DNA of 35,163 nucleotides from Macrostomum lignano (taxonomy: Eukaryota): contig NIVC01002319.1 of the NCBI GenBank assembly GCA_002269645.1, positions 1 through 35,163 of the forward strand. The letters are read 5' to 3'. The notes under the pieces are model-generated. The model saw only the letters and a list, made by a program, of their open reading frames with translations, ran no database searches and was not told the DNA's origin. A program made the position numbers and the translations under genes. Positions 1 to 17,425 of this stretch are shown one piece after another (position 1 is the first letter of the stretch; the number at the start of each line of letters is the position of its first letter).

Positions 1-214
1 GTAGATAGCAGTGCTTAACAAGGGATCAGAGTAGATAGCAGTGCTAACAAGGGATCAGAGTAGATAGCAGTGCTTAACAAGGGATCAGAGTAGATAGCAG
101 TGCAAGGGATCAGAGTAGATAGCAGTGCTTAACAAGGGATCAGAGTAGATAGCAGTGCTTAACAAGGGATCAGAGTAGATAGCAGTGCTTAACAAGGGAT
201 CAGAGTAGATAGCA
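1..214. repeat. 30-bp minisatellite (GTAGATAGCAGTGCTTAACAAGGGATCAGA), ~7 copies, cut by the window start; intronic to the hillarin/KY-like gene
   Basis: Head-to-tail copies are directly visible. One copy has a 1-nt deletion and one a ~6-nt deletion. No spacers. Confidence 0.95.
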
Positions 215-307
215 CTCTCTGAACGGCCCACAAATAGGCCTGAAGCTTCGTGGGCTGAATAAAGCAATTGTATGATCGAGGGACATTTTCCGCATTTTCT
301 ACCAAAG

Positions 308-1940
308 GCTGCTGGCGCTTTGTCAACGTCGCCTGGGGCGGGCGACGGCTTCGTCAACAGGGCGGCGAGACAACTCTTCGACTGGGCTGCGACAATTTCT
401 ACTTCTTGACAGAGCCTGACGAGCACATCTTTGAGCACTATCCGGACGAGAAGCGTTGGCAATTATTGCGCTCGCCGATTGCGCTGAGCCACTTCATGAA
501 ATTGCCGCTGCTCAAGTCGCCATTCTTCAACGCCGGAATGCGTTTAAAGAAAGGCAAATACGACGACACTTTGGTGACGCAGAACGGCCGAGTCAGCTTG
601 AAAATCGGCCTCACTAAATTTGTTGGCGTCAGCTGCCAGCTGCAGAACCGGTCGGACATGTCCGCTATGCGGGGAAAGACGCTGGTGCGCCTCATCGGGG
701 ATGTCCTGCACGTGCTGGCCTCGCCTGCTCAGCCGGGCACTTACTTTCTCAACGTGTTCGTCACGCCGGACTGGACGTCGAATGAGCACGAATTAGCGGC
801 TAGCTTTCAGGTGAGATTGTTTTGCGCCCCGACTCTGATCGTGTGTATGAGAGCAGCTGCAAGCTTTCTACGATCGCGTCCTTCTACCACTGAAAGGTCA
901 GGGGTTCGATTCTCAACCCACTCGGAACAATTTGTGTCCTTGAGAAAGACACTTAACTCTGTACATTGGTTCAGTGCATCCAGCTGTAAAATGGGTGCCA
1001 GCACTAGCTGGGGTATGTTTTTGGCGACCCCCCAGTCCTTGGACTGAACAGCCGTACGCAGCCTTCATTAAAGGTGTGCCTTTAATACACGCACACACTT
1101 TTAATAACCAATTTTTGCCAGGTAAAATGCGCTGAAAACAACTTCGACCGTCTGGCTCTCGGCCGCTACCCGGAGGTCGGCTTCCTTGGCGCTACACCGG
1201 CCGCACAAAAGTACGGGGTGAGCTTTTTAACCTCGCACGGCGCCAAAACTCCGATGGATCCGTACTACGTGCACAATTCCAAAGAGGTGCTGCGCATGCC
1301 GTTGGTGTTCTCGCCCGGGTTGAAAATCGCTCACCAGATGAAGTGCTACCAGCGGGCCGGCAAGAGCACCGAACAGTGCGACGACTATGCGCTGCTGCAG
1401 TGCCGCGGTAAGCAGCAGTCCGAGTACTGGATCGCCTGCCCTGCCGACGGCTACTACTTCTTCACGGTCTACGCCGCCGAGATAGCCGCAGCAGCAGGCG
1501 CCGGTGGCGATGCTTCCACGGCCGAAAGTGTCGACGACGAAGCTGGCGGCGGCGAAGAGCTGGAATGTGTGTATCGCCTGTTGATTGACTGCCGGCGCGG
1601 CATGGGCAAGGTGCCGCCTTACCCGAACCAGACCAGCCTGTTCAGTGGCTGCTTACTGCACGACCCGATGCAGAAACACCTGGACGTTGGCCGAAAGTAC
1701 ACCTTCAGATTGGAGGCCAAGCACTGCAGGGCGGTGGCTGTTGTGCTGAACGGCCAGACCTGGATAGACCTGCAGCAGGGCCGGTCGGGTAACGGGGTCT
1801 GGTCCAAGAAGCTGAACGTTGGCGAAGAGCTGGGCGAGCTGTCGGTCTATGGCCAGTTCGACACCGACGAGGATGGCAAGTTTAACAAACTGTTGGACTA
1901 CGACATTGTGCAGCGCCTGTCCAATGTTAGTAAGTCCTGA
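308..1940 (+). CDS. Hillarin/KY (kyphoscoliosis peptidase)-family transglutaminase-like protein, last two coding exons: join(308..810,1122..1940); 5' exons lie outside the window
   Basis: Acceptor ttttctaccaaAG|G at 307/308, donor CAG|GTGAGA at 810/811, acceptor tttttgccAG|GTA at 1121/1122 (phase 0 matches), stop TGA 1938-1940. The peptide WRFVNVAWG..DNFYFLTEPDEHIFEHYPDEKRWQLLRSPIALSHFMKLPLLKSPFF matches the hillarin/KY pattern (WRFV..NWG..DDHYFLTDP.EFI.E.YP...WQLL..PI.L..F..LP.V.S.FF). Confidence 0.88.
865..1068 (+). mobile_element. tRNA-derived CORE-type SINE, copy 1 (degenerate head), in intron 811-1121
   Basis: B box GGTTCGATTC followed by CACTCGGAACAATTTGTGTCCTTGAG..GACACTTAACTC..CAGCTGTAAAATGGGTGCCAGC..GGCGACCCCCCAGTCCTTGGACTGAACAGCCGTACGCAGCCTTCA, shared with the three other copies. 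Confidence 0.85.
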
Positions 1941-2450
1941 GCCTGGTGTAAACCTCTGCTTTAACATTGGCATTAATCCCTGTGCTACTCTGTCAATGCC
2001 AGTTGCGTACATGCGCCGGTCTTGTTAAATAGAAGCATTCCAATGTGTTCTGTCATTGATTATATGGCATTATCTTGTGATTCTTATTTGTGTTTTTTAT
2101 GGAATAGTAGTCGTAGGCTGCAAATGTAAAGTTCATGTAGTTAACCTAGTTTATGCAACTGTTTTGCACTTTAATACTCGAATGCACTTTGATACATTCC
2201 AACTTGTTTTGTTTTGTCAATATTTCATACATTATATAACATTCCAAAGTTTCTAAGGTTTGCTGCTGTGCCTTTTACTCATTTTTGTGATACTAATTAG
2301 GAAATTTTTGAGCCAAGATTTTTTATTCCTACAAAAGTTTTGTTTAAATGATTGCGTCTACGAGTTGCAATTGCGTTTTACCTGTCGACTTCCTTTTTAG
2401 TATATTGGATTGGACTAAAGCTATTAGAGCTATTTTAGCTATCTCCCATG

Positions 2451-2451
<1 letters not shown>

Positions 2452-2487
<36 letters not shown>
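2452..2487. repeat. (CA)18 microsatellite
   Basis: Directly visible. Confidence 0.97.
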
Positions 2488-2488
<1 letters not shown>

Positions 2489-3572
2489 CGCACGGTGCAC
2501 ACACAGGCAAACTCTAATTTGGAAGCTCTTACAAGGCGGGAGTGGCCTGGCCCTATAATTTGCGTATCTCTCTCACCTTCAGCACACTTGGCCTCTATGA
2601 CTCAGCTATAGTTAAGTATTTTATCTACCTATCTGTGTCTCTTGTAGGTGAAGCATTGACAGGCAATGGTTCGGCTTGCTTTTGTGTAGGTACAAGATTG
2701 TGCATGCTTGATTGTCCTCTTGGCCCTCCTCTTGGCAATGCGTTTCTTTACCAAATACTCGTACGAGCTATGTCTACGGCTCGTCCCGAGTTTGTGTGTA
2801 CAATCTGTTCTCAAAAACAATTCTGTTCTGCAATTACAATTATTAAACATAACATAATCTGTATAAATATGGCTCAGCCCAAACATTCCTATAGTCAATA
2901 TTATTATTATTTTAGCTACGCCACCAACCCTGTGTATTTGTGGCCATTGCTGTGAGTAAGAATTATATGATATTGCTTAGTTGTTTTTATAAACCTACCA
3001 GATCTGTCGGGTTGATTTTGTACTTGGCTATAACTATATATATATACATAATACATTGACGCGTCTGTAATGGTAACTCATTTATTTGTGGTTCTTCTCT
3101 ATTCCTAGTATTGTTAATACACATCGTTACGTCTATCGAATTAAAAGTACAATTTAATTTCAAACGAGAAACTTGGTTGAAATTACCAGATTAAAAAGCG
3201 ATGATGGATTCACACTAAGTTTTTTTACGAGTCCACTTAACAATAAGCAAATTGAGTTTGAGAGAAGGACACTCCCAGACGACTCGTATTTTATAATCAT
3301 ATTTTCAGACATTGGATTACGCAAAACGGCAGTTATAATGAAGATGCAGACAAAGCTCTTCAGTACCTTTGAGCAGTTTTAGTAAATTTCATTGCGCAAA
3401 TCAGACTCTCTTATCGAGAGCTCCAGAAGTTTCTAAACATTAACGATTAACATTAATGAGTTCGAGTTAATCTGTGTACATGCGGTTTCAACAATGTGCA
3501 GCACTGCAGTAAGTTTCATGCACTTTGGGCCAGACACAACTGACATCAACTCGCAGAAGTTAATCCATGACA

Positions 3573-9499
<5,927 letters not shown>

Positions 9500-10679
9500 A
9501 AAGTGAGTCGGTGTCGGGGACAGTCGCCTGTCCTAATAAAAGTCCGAAATGGTGTATCTAGTTTCTAAGAATTTCACTGGCTGGGCTCTTCGGCGGCTGG
9601 TTCGGCTCCTGCAACAGCGACTGCAAGTTGAACTGCTAATTATTCCCTTGTCCTTCACTGGGCACAGCGCTACCATTGGGAAGAGTAGGGCCGTAGGGCA
9701 GCCCAGCCATTCCCAATATCAGCCAGCCCCCCGTCCGCTTCGTACTCGGAAAGTAAAGAACTCCCATTAAGGCTTGAGGCTAATGGGTCGTAAGCCACGA
9801 AGCAAAAAAGAAAGAGCTAGGAAGAGACGCGCCCAGCCAGCGAACGCCCCCATTAAAAGCAGCTGTCCCAAGTTCTTAGCAAGCACAGATAGAAAGTATA
9901 GTGCTCTTGAATTGTTTAAGCCGGGGGGGGGGGGGCAAACCACAAAAGCGTATCGACGTTGGGTCTATGCGACTATACATTACATTACGTAGGCGTATCG
10001 ACTTACTATTCGGCTTACCATGCGCTCTAGCATGTGTAGCAGTTCGATTTTTAATACTCCTTACTCCTGAGAGCAATACGATCAAGTAAGAGTTGCCATC
10101 CGCGCAGCTCGAGAGTAAAATTCAGTATTCATAATACAAGGAGGCAGGCTGCAATTTGATATTTGATGCTAGTGGGATAGCTACAGAATATAATTGCATA
10201 ATAATATGACACAGCCCTACTTCCAGTAGCAAATGCAGAAAATCGTGGTTCCCTCAAGAAGCGGACTTTTAGTCAAAGAGCTAGTCTGCTTGATGATAAT
10301 ACTCTGGTTTAGAGGGGCTTATCTTCGATTCAAACTCGCCCTGTGACATTGTTCCATGCTTGACTGGCTGACAATGTATTTAGTTGTTGTTGTTGTTGTC
10401 AGGAGCCATAGTGACACAACTTTCTACCATGTTGAAAGGGCATGTGAAAATTAGCTGTCGTGGGAGCTTTGCAACATTTCACACCCAGATATGCCGGGTT
10501 TTCAAAAGCTTTCTGCAGTGATGAAGGGAAACCCGCGTGTTTAAGTAGTATGGGCACCTAAAAATTTACATGTACGAGCGCACCATCAGTCGTTATAGAT
10601 GGACATGTACCTGTCTGTTTACCGCTAGGCAAACAGCCTGCTTCGATATTATATTGCAATAAAAGCTTTAATAATTTTT

Positions 10680-10966
10680 GGGACTGTAGCCAAGTAGTTG
10701 GAGCGTCGGACTTACGACTGAAACGTCGGGAGTTCGATTCTCGACCCACTCGGAACAATTTGGGTCCTTGAGCAAGAAAGACTCTTAACTCTGCATTGCT
10801 TCAGTTCACCCAGCTGTAAAATTAATGGGTGCCAGCATTAGCTGAATTGAGGCTGTGTGTGGCGACCCCCCAGTCCTTGGACTGAACAGCCGTACGCAGC
10901 CTTCAGATGCGCCGCGCAATAGCTATGGCTATTAGGGCAGGTGTAGTCAATTAATATTATTATTAT
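10680..10966 (+). mobile_element. tRNA-derived CORE-type SINE, copy 4 (small indels, (ATT)n tail)
   Basis: GGGACTGTAGCCAAGTAGTTGGAGCGTCGGACTTACGACTGAAACGTCGGGAGTTCGATTCTCG, then the shared body and the tail GGGCAGGTGTAGTCAATTAATATTATTATTA. Confidence 0.9.
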
Positions 10967-11640
10967 ATACTCATTAAATTCACAAGCCTGCTATACATGT
11001 AACGACTCTTACAAAACAACTACGAATTAATATAAGAAGTACGCTTACATATATTGCTATTTTCCAATTATATGCCAACAAAACGTTTAAAAACTCAAAG
11101 TCCGAAAAACCACTATTCTGTTACTATAGCTGTATAGCTACGCTAAAAATCAAGTACAAAAATCTTGAAAAAATAAAAACAAAAAATAAAGAAGACACGA
11201 TTCCTGCGTGCTGACCACAGCTAGGCTTCTATATGTAGAAGTGTTGCTTTAAAGAGGATCGTATTTTCAACGTCTTGCAAGATTTTTCGAAGATTTTCGT
11301 AACATTTGCCGCAACTTATTAATCTTTGATAATCTTAGAAATAATCTCGCAGTATCTCGCAGAGAGATCGCAGAACCTTGGAAGTATTATTAAGATCGTT
11401 CTCTATGAATAATTAAGGAAAGGGTACACTAAAAACCATATTTTATAATCTAAATAAACACCAAGAATCTATAGCTTCTTGGCAGACAGATCTTCGAAAA
11501 GCAACTTCTGCATTGGGATAATTAAAGCTGATATCTAAGTATCTATAATGAATAAAAGAAATGCAAATTCGATCAATAAATTAAAGCTGTAATAACTAAT
11601 AAGTTCAATCATTTTCTACTATAAACTATACTCGTACGTA

Positions 11641-12624
11641 CCAGGGGTCCCAAGCAAATTCCCTAATTTTCGAAGTTCCAGACTCTCTCAGTCCCAGAGC
11701 AAAAGCAGCTAAATAACTTTGATGTCATTTCAAATTATAGCGTCACATTTCTTATTTCTAATAAATCCCCAATCTCGTTTACTTTGGTCATTCTATTCTC
11801 AAAGGCTGCATGCTTGAAAAACCATTTCAATGCCGCTAATCGTCTGAAAGTGAAAGTGACAATACCAATGCTGATTGTTTTGAAACCTACGCTTTGAGGC
11901 AATTCAAAACTTTCTTAGCTTAACGACTGGGTAGAAAATGTGTAACAGAATGATAAATTAGATTCAGAAAGCAATGAGTCGATTTGTGCCATTTTTATGA
12001 TTTTTAGGCACAAGACATGTTTAACGTAGGATATAAAACTGACATAATCCTAATTTTCTAAACTAAAAGCTCTATGAATATCAATAGAGCTATAGGAAAG
12101 GAAAAACATATTAAAAAATTAACATTGTGTCTCCGATCCGTTCTATCGAAAGCAATAACATTTTCTACCTCGGCCCAAACCCGGACCTCTCCGGCGTTTT
12201 CAGGCCCGAGAATCTCTGCCAGCTCTTCCGCTACCGAAGGGCTACCGGGCGAGTGACCATCCACCTTCTGGACTCTCCGGAGGGGACCGCGCTGCGGACA
12301 CCGGCACCACCGGGTCTCCCTGCGTGACACCGCAGCACCAGCTGCCCGTGGTTGCCAGGGGGTTAGCGGAATGTCGACGCCTCCCCTCTGTATCCGGATG
12401 CCCATAGCCCCCTGCAGCTACATGTAAGTCAAAGTAAGTCAAGTGGCATTGCGATGCTTTTTCAAGCATAAAAGTTTGAATGGAATGACTAAAATATACG
12501 AGATTCAATCAATTTATTCCAATAAAGAAACTGGCCGCTTTAGAATAAACCAACAAAGTTGTTTGTTTTACTTCCGTTTTTGCTCCGGGACTGTAAGTGT
12601 CAGAACTTTCCGGATGCCCCCGCG
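11641..12624. mobile_element. Old Tc1/mariner-like non-autonomous (fold-back) element with ~165-bp degenerate inverted arms and TA flanks
   Basis: 11673-11836 aligns by eye to the reverse complement of 12443-12608 (e.g. AATCTCGT..TTT.GTCATTC.ATTC and ATGCTTGAAAAA.CAT..CAATGCC.C). Termini TA|CCAGGGGTCCC and GGATGCCCCCGCG|TA resemble mariner TIR starts (TA-CG.GGGG...AAAGTTC). Confidence 0.6.
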
Positions 12625-14120
12625 TAATAGCATTAATATGATATAGGAACTATTGTACTCGTAATGTACGAGTATGAGAGGCTAAATGTCACACGTCTTC
12701 AATCACTTCCCAATGCATTCAAAAATTGAATACCCCGGCCAACAGGAAGCCTATAGCTGTACTCACTGGAAAAGGAGTAGTTCGCAATTCAAAATGCTGG
12801 GACAGGTCCTCTTCCGTTCCTACGCTGACGAGAGCAGCCTGCTGTTTCCGCTTGGCCCGACGAAAGTCGAGCATGATTAAAAATTTTCTCGCCACCAGGC
12901 TGGCGCGGCGCAAAGTTATAGCGCGTTCTTAAGCCATGGTTTAAACGGGCAGACGCCCCGGTTTTGTTGTTATAACCCAGCAGCAAGCTAGGTGTCACGA
13001 TAAGCGGCTAAGAGCATGGCAGTAGCGAGCGATTGCTTTTCAACAAACAAATTCAACTTCAAGCTATAGTGTGAGTTCATGCACATACTGGCTTCTGATC
13101 GAGAATCCTTAGCACAATATAGTAAAGCATTAATAACGGCTGCGTCAGCCCGTAAAATATACCCCGGTTCCGCCACATACCACATGGCTTCCCAATTACT
13201 CAAATTTGTCGTCTCGATCTGAGTACTGACTCTCCCATAGGCCATATGGCTATAGCTACAGTTGGCAGCGGTTTGACAGTCGGGGGTGCACAGCTGAGAA
13301 CTTGGCCGCTAGCTCAGCCATGCAGTGTTCTGGCTGGCGTTGGACGTCTTATAAGCTTCCAAATTTGATTCGATGACGACTTTCAACGGCGCTTCTATAT
13401 TTGGTAAGCAATAACAAAAACGCACGCTCAAAATATTGTGGGAAGCTCAGGGGTCAGCAGACAGAGGTACATACGTGCACTCAGCAACATGTCAAAGTTT
13501 CCCTGCACCCCGAAACCAGCTTGGTCAAACTTTTCCCGGATCTCAGTCCACAATATCCCAGCTTAGGCTGATGCGGAGAGAGCGGAGAGTTATGGCTAGG
13601 ATCGGATAAAGTTGCCACTTAGTGTTGACATCGTCTGAGAAAGTTTACAGAGACGAGCTTATAGGTTTTTGACCGTCGATCTCGTATATAGCAACAACTA
13701 AAATGATTTGATAAAACGGAATCAACAATTGCAGTGCACTCAGGAAAAGAGACTGATTTTCGTGACCCGGTTTGTATTTGCATGAGTCTTATCGCAGATA
13801 CATTGTACGGTTCCCAAAGGCGTATTCAGCATGCCAGTGAAGTATCCGACAGACAGACTTTAACTAAGGCTTACCAATTGGTTTACTTCTCCCTCGGAGA
13901 TTTAGCCTCCTTTGGCTGCTCTAGCAAAGCTCAAGACATTTCAGCTCGGATTTTTCACCTAAATCTATACCCAATTTGAGTCGACCTTCAGCTCAAATCG
14001 GTTTTGTTGATGAGTTCAAGAAAGCTGGCGGGGTGAGGAGACCATGGAAGTCTCCTTGATGGCCCGAGGTTCAACCCAGTTTTGCATTTAGTATGGCTAA
14101 GCTTCACGCTGCTAAAGAAG

Positions 14121-15290
14121 CGAAATTCTTTCTACACATAAATTTATAGCATGTCTATCTGCATCAGTTAATCTGATGAAGGTTACTGAGCTGTACAGGC
14201 CAGGCTTCATCCTGATCCAGGAACCCTCATGGATGCGCAACCGGTAAGTTGCCCAACATTCCTTCTGGTTACTCTGATTTAATTGTGGCCCTGGAACAGG
14301 TGGCTCTACATCCTCTCGCTGCCAGCATCTCCAGGCTTGGCTGAGGACTGATCTCTGAGATGGAGATATGTCATCTATATATTTCAGATGACAGGACCCT
14401 ATATACCCTGAGAGTCTGCTGCGCAGAATTCCAGAACGCTGAGCTTGGGGGCGACCTTAATGCACACCATCCATAAGCACTGGGGCAGCAAAGACACCAA
14501 TGTAGAGGGGAGGAGACTCTGTTTCTCATCTCTAACACAAATCTCAAGCTCTGCAACCGCGCAAGCACTCCTACCTTCAACAATGGCAGATGGGCTGATG
14601 TTCTCGATGCCACACTCGTTACCTTGAGATCTTGACAGAGTTGAGGAGTGGAGAGTCTGATCTGAGGAGCCCTCCCTGTTTGACGAATGCTTCATCGCCT
14701 TCAACATCGCGGACACTAAACCCCAGTCCTCGGACCTCGATCACTTGGAGGCGCGTAATATCTGCAACACCGATTGGGCGGCCTATAAGACTACACCCTT
14801 TGAACTTCACTTGCAGGAACTCACGGAGGTATGTCCGATTGAGACCTGGGAAGATGATAATTGGATCATACGGCTGAGACGCTGACAGGCTGTAGTAATG
14901 AAGCGGCCTGCCCTGTCCGTGCCTACAAAGGCAAGACCTTGCACCTCGGCGCCGTGGTACGTGGAACCCGGAGCTGGAGAAACTCAAGCGGAATGCCAAA
15001 AAAGCCTCGATCATTTTCCTTTCAGACAGTCAAGCTGCCTTGCACGCCATCATGGTGACTGCAGCGTAAACTCTGCTACAGTCCTCGACTGTATCAAACT
15101 CTTCCACATGTTGGGTTCTACCGACAAAATTATCCATGATTACCCAAAATTACATAAAATCGTGGATCAGGACCCAGCACTGCACTACCTGCAGGCAATC
15201 CAGAGGCGCTGTTCCCCAGCCCTCTCATCAGCTCCAGTGGCTCCTTTTGCGCCTCTCGCGAAAAGACATCTGGGCTGCCACCATGACACT
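14121..15290 (+). mobile_element. Decayed non-LTR retrotransposon (R1/LOA/I-group-like): APE endonuclease and linker region of ORF2, with stops and frameshifts; no RT seen
   Basis: Ordered APE motifs across frames: FLHINL*H, GFILIQEP (IQEP 14215-14226), GGDLNAHH (~14450), HWGSKDTNVEGRRL, LCNRASTPTFNNGRWADVLDAT, EEWRV*SEEPSLFD (SDH-equivalent), then NTDWAAYK and PELEKLKR. Confidence 0.85.
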
Positions 15291-15916
15291 AGTTTTAGCT
15301 AATAAGCTAGACAGAGCTGTAATGAAGCCAACAGTAAACAACTTACTCCATCAGACCGTTACTAACATTCAGGTTTAACGAAAACCCAGATTCAGTTGAT
15401 TAACTTAGACTATATTGACTTGACACTTCTTAATGCGCTCTCGGTTTAATCATAACCGCGGCTATAATCTATTTTCTAAAACGGAAATAGACCCGCTTTT
15501 GTTTGTACGAAATATCCGTCCAAGGCATGTTTGGGTAGTATAAAACGCATCCACGTCAAAGTAATTATCAAAAATAAACATTCCGAGTCTTCTTACAATA
15601 AAAGTTTGTAACTTTTTTTGTATTTTCGGAATGTTAGTAGTCTTGTTTATGGTACCTAGTTTTGTTTACAGATTTTTAAAAGCGGCATTATGCAGCTTAT
15701 AGGTCAATAACATTGCCAGTTCAACCATTAGCTGGTGGTACCTAATCATGCTCGGTTAATCGTGTTACGCCAGTCGCCAAGACTCGTACAACTTATAGCT
15801 AGATAAAAATATATCTTTTAAAAATATTTTCATTCCTTTTCCAGACCTTGAAGGTCGAACAAAAAAGCGAAACAGTTTTCGTCAAGCGTTTGAATAATGC
15901 GCCACAACGTCACAGG

Positions 15917-16796
15917 TTAATGCTTGGCGCAGTCTGGCTCGCCAGCGGTCTGAGATGGCGGAGCGTCCCAGCCCCAGTCAGGATGTATTCGAAAATGGCC
16001 GCAGTCGGAGCCGCTAGACAACGCAGTGCTAAAATGGGAGGCCCGACAATTGCCCCGGCTAGTGTCCGGATTAGGCGGCAGGTGGTGCCAGGTGGTGTGC
16101 ATCCATCGGTTGGCCCGGGTGTCAGGCGACAGCAGACGAATATAACGCAGCTGCGAAGGCACGGACACAGGAGCTTGAGCGGCAGACTTCGGTGACACCG
16201 AAACGCCAGCAGCCGCCTGACAGCTATAATTCAGCAGTTAGAAATATAGAATCTAAATCTGCAGCAAGCCAACATATTGCATTGCAAACTAGTCAAGCTC
16301 AAACCACAGCTTACTCTTGTCGAGGCAATGATTTTACTCGCACTGGCTGCACTCTGGACGCCTTTGTATCAGATTTAATTTGGCCAGGCCTAACGACTTT
16401 TGATGGCGACTGCTGTTTTGGTTGAGCAACTGCAAAATGTAGAAAGTGAGTACGTTTAACAAGTTTTTAAAAAATTAAAGACTTGGCAGTTCCGTGGTTA
16501 TAATCACCTGCAGGTTGAGTCTGCTCAATTGCGCCAAATTTTCGCCGGAAATCTTCGCGCAGTTGTTGTCGTCGGCGCTCAGTCTCGGCTGCCGAAGCCG
16601 GTGACGGCTGTCGCCAGCGCAGGAACACAGTTGAGTCGATCTCTGAGGAACAAGCTGCCATGGCTAATAGCGAGATGTTGCCCACTAAAGTCTAGCAAAC
16701 GCTTAGACCGACACACTACTGTGCAAAACACCTTTCTCTCCTTTTATTCTTTTTGGGCAAACTCTGCACAGCGTTTGTCTACGAGACTGAGGTGAA
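15917..16796 (-). CDS. Uncharacterised protein, last four exons (>=206 aa): complement(join(15917..16223,16315..16429,16508..16642,16732..16796)); start not located
   Basis: Three short GT-AG introns (89, 78 and 91 nt) with chaining phases 1,1,2 give an open frame ...SPQSRRQTLCRVCPKRIKGEKEIDSTVFLRWRQPSP...CGHFRIHPDWGWDAPP...AKH*. The exact acceptor of the 16732 exon is uncertain. A further candidate exon lies at ~16955-17072. Confidence 0.62.
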
Positions 16797-16948
16797 CTAT
16801 ACAGACTAGTAGCTGTCTGTCCAATTGGCGCAGTAAGAAAGAAAAATTGAGATGCTTGTGTGGCTCTTTGCGAGAAATGGCATGGGACGAGCGTGGCGCC
16901 GCTTTTTTTCAGCCAAACTGTCTCAGTCACATCGCAATCTACTTGGAT

Positions 16949-16980
16949 TTACTTGGGGTTGGAGTTCCAACCCCAAGTAA
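16949..16980. repeat. Perfect 15-bp inverted repeat TTACTTGGGGTTGGA-GT-TCCAACCCCAAGTAA
   Basis: Directly visible; the arms are exact reverse complements. Confidence 0.9.
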
Positions 16981-17361
16981 TTGTGTAATCTGTGCACTTT
17001 TAACCAAACTTGAGACTGGCAGGCAGCAATGCATAGCCACACCCAGCATGCTATTTGGTCTGCTTCTTAGCTGGAAAAGGAAAAATGCATTTTAAAAGAC
17101 TCTGTCTAGCTATCCTCTGTAACTAGCCGCTTAAACAGCTCTTAAGCTGCATCTTTTATAATACCTGTTCTCTATCCAATGAAACTTTAGACACTGCATA
17201 CAAATGATTGAAGCCTTTGTGTTTATACTTGTAGCATAGGCATTTATGCTTAGGGATTAAATATGATAGAAATAAAAACAAAAAGTCATAGAATCAGACT
17301 GAATGCAAATTTAAAAGGTTTTTGGGTTTGTAAAAAATTAAGCTCTCATATCATTATAGAT

Positions 17362-17425
17362 CAGGGGTTGGCAAACTTTTTTACCTTGGGGGCTAGAAAG
17401 AGAACCTAGCACCTAACTGCAGGCC
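17362..17425 (+). mobile_element. Left end of a hAT-like non-autonomous element (CAGGGGTTGGCAAACTTTT...), followed by a GA-rich tract
   Basis: Aligns by eye over ~65 nt with 23476-23540 (CAGGG.T.G.CA.ACTTTT..ACCTTG..GGC.AGA.A.AGAA.C.AGC). CAGGGG starts are typical of hAT/Charlie-type ends. No partner right end with a TSD was found. Confidence 0.5.

Noticed and set aside
1-214. 30-bp array as a CRISPR array
   Set aside because: Contiguous units with no unique spacers, no cas genes, and an intronic eukaryotic context.
811-1047. C-terminal part of ORF 268..1047 as coding
   Set aside because: It is read-through past a canonical donor into an intron containing a SINE; homology resumes at 1122.
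3173-3382. 69-aa + strand ORF between the convergent genes
   Set aside because: Non-ATG start, no recognisable motif and no partner exons; probably UTR or intergenic.
10398-10640. Protein-looking + frame interrupted by TAG/TAA stops (possible pseudogene)
   Set aside because: Four stops in ~80 codons is no better than random, and no family was recognised.
12825-12870. Hammerhead ribozyme core (CTGACGA...GAAA); also CTGATGA..GAAA at 30545-30560
   Set aside because: Stem II does not pair beyond one base pair (or lacks the closing G-C), and stems I and III are absent.
15848-16425. + strand ORFs 15848..16195 and 16192..16425
   Set aside because: Better explained as antisense to the phase-consistent spliced gene on the - strand.
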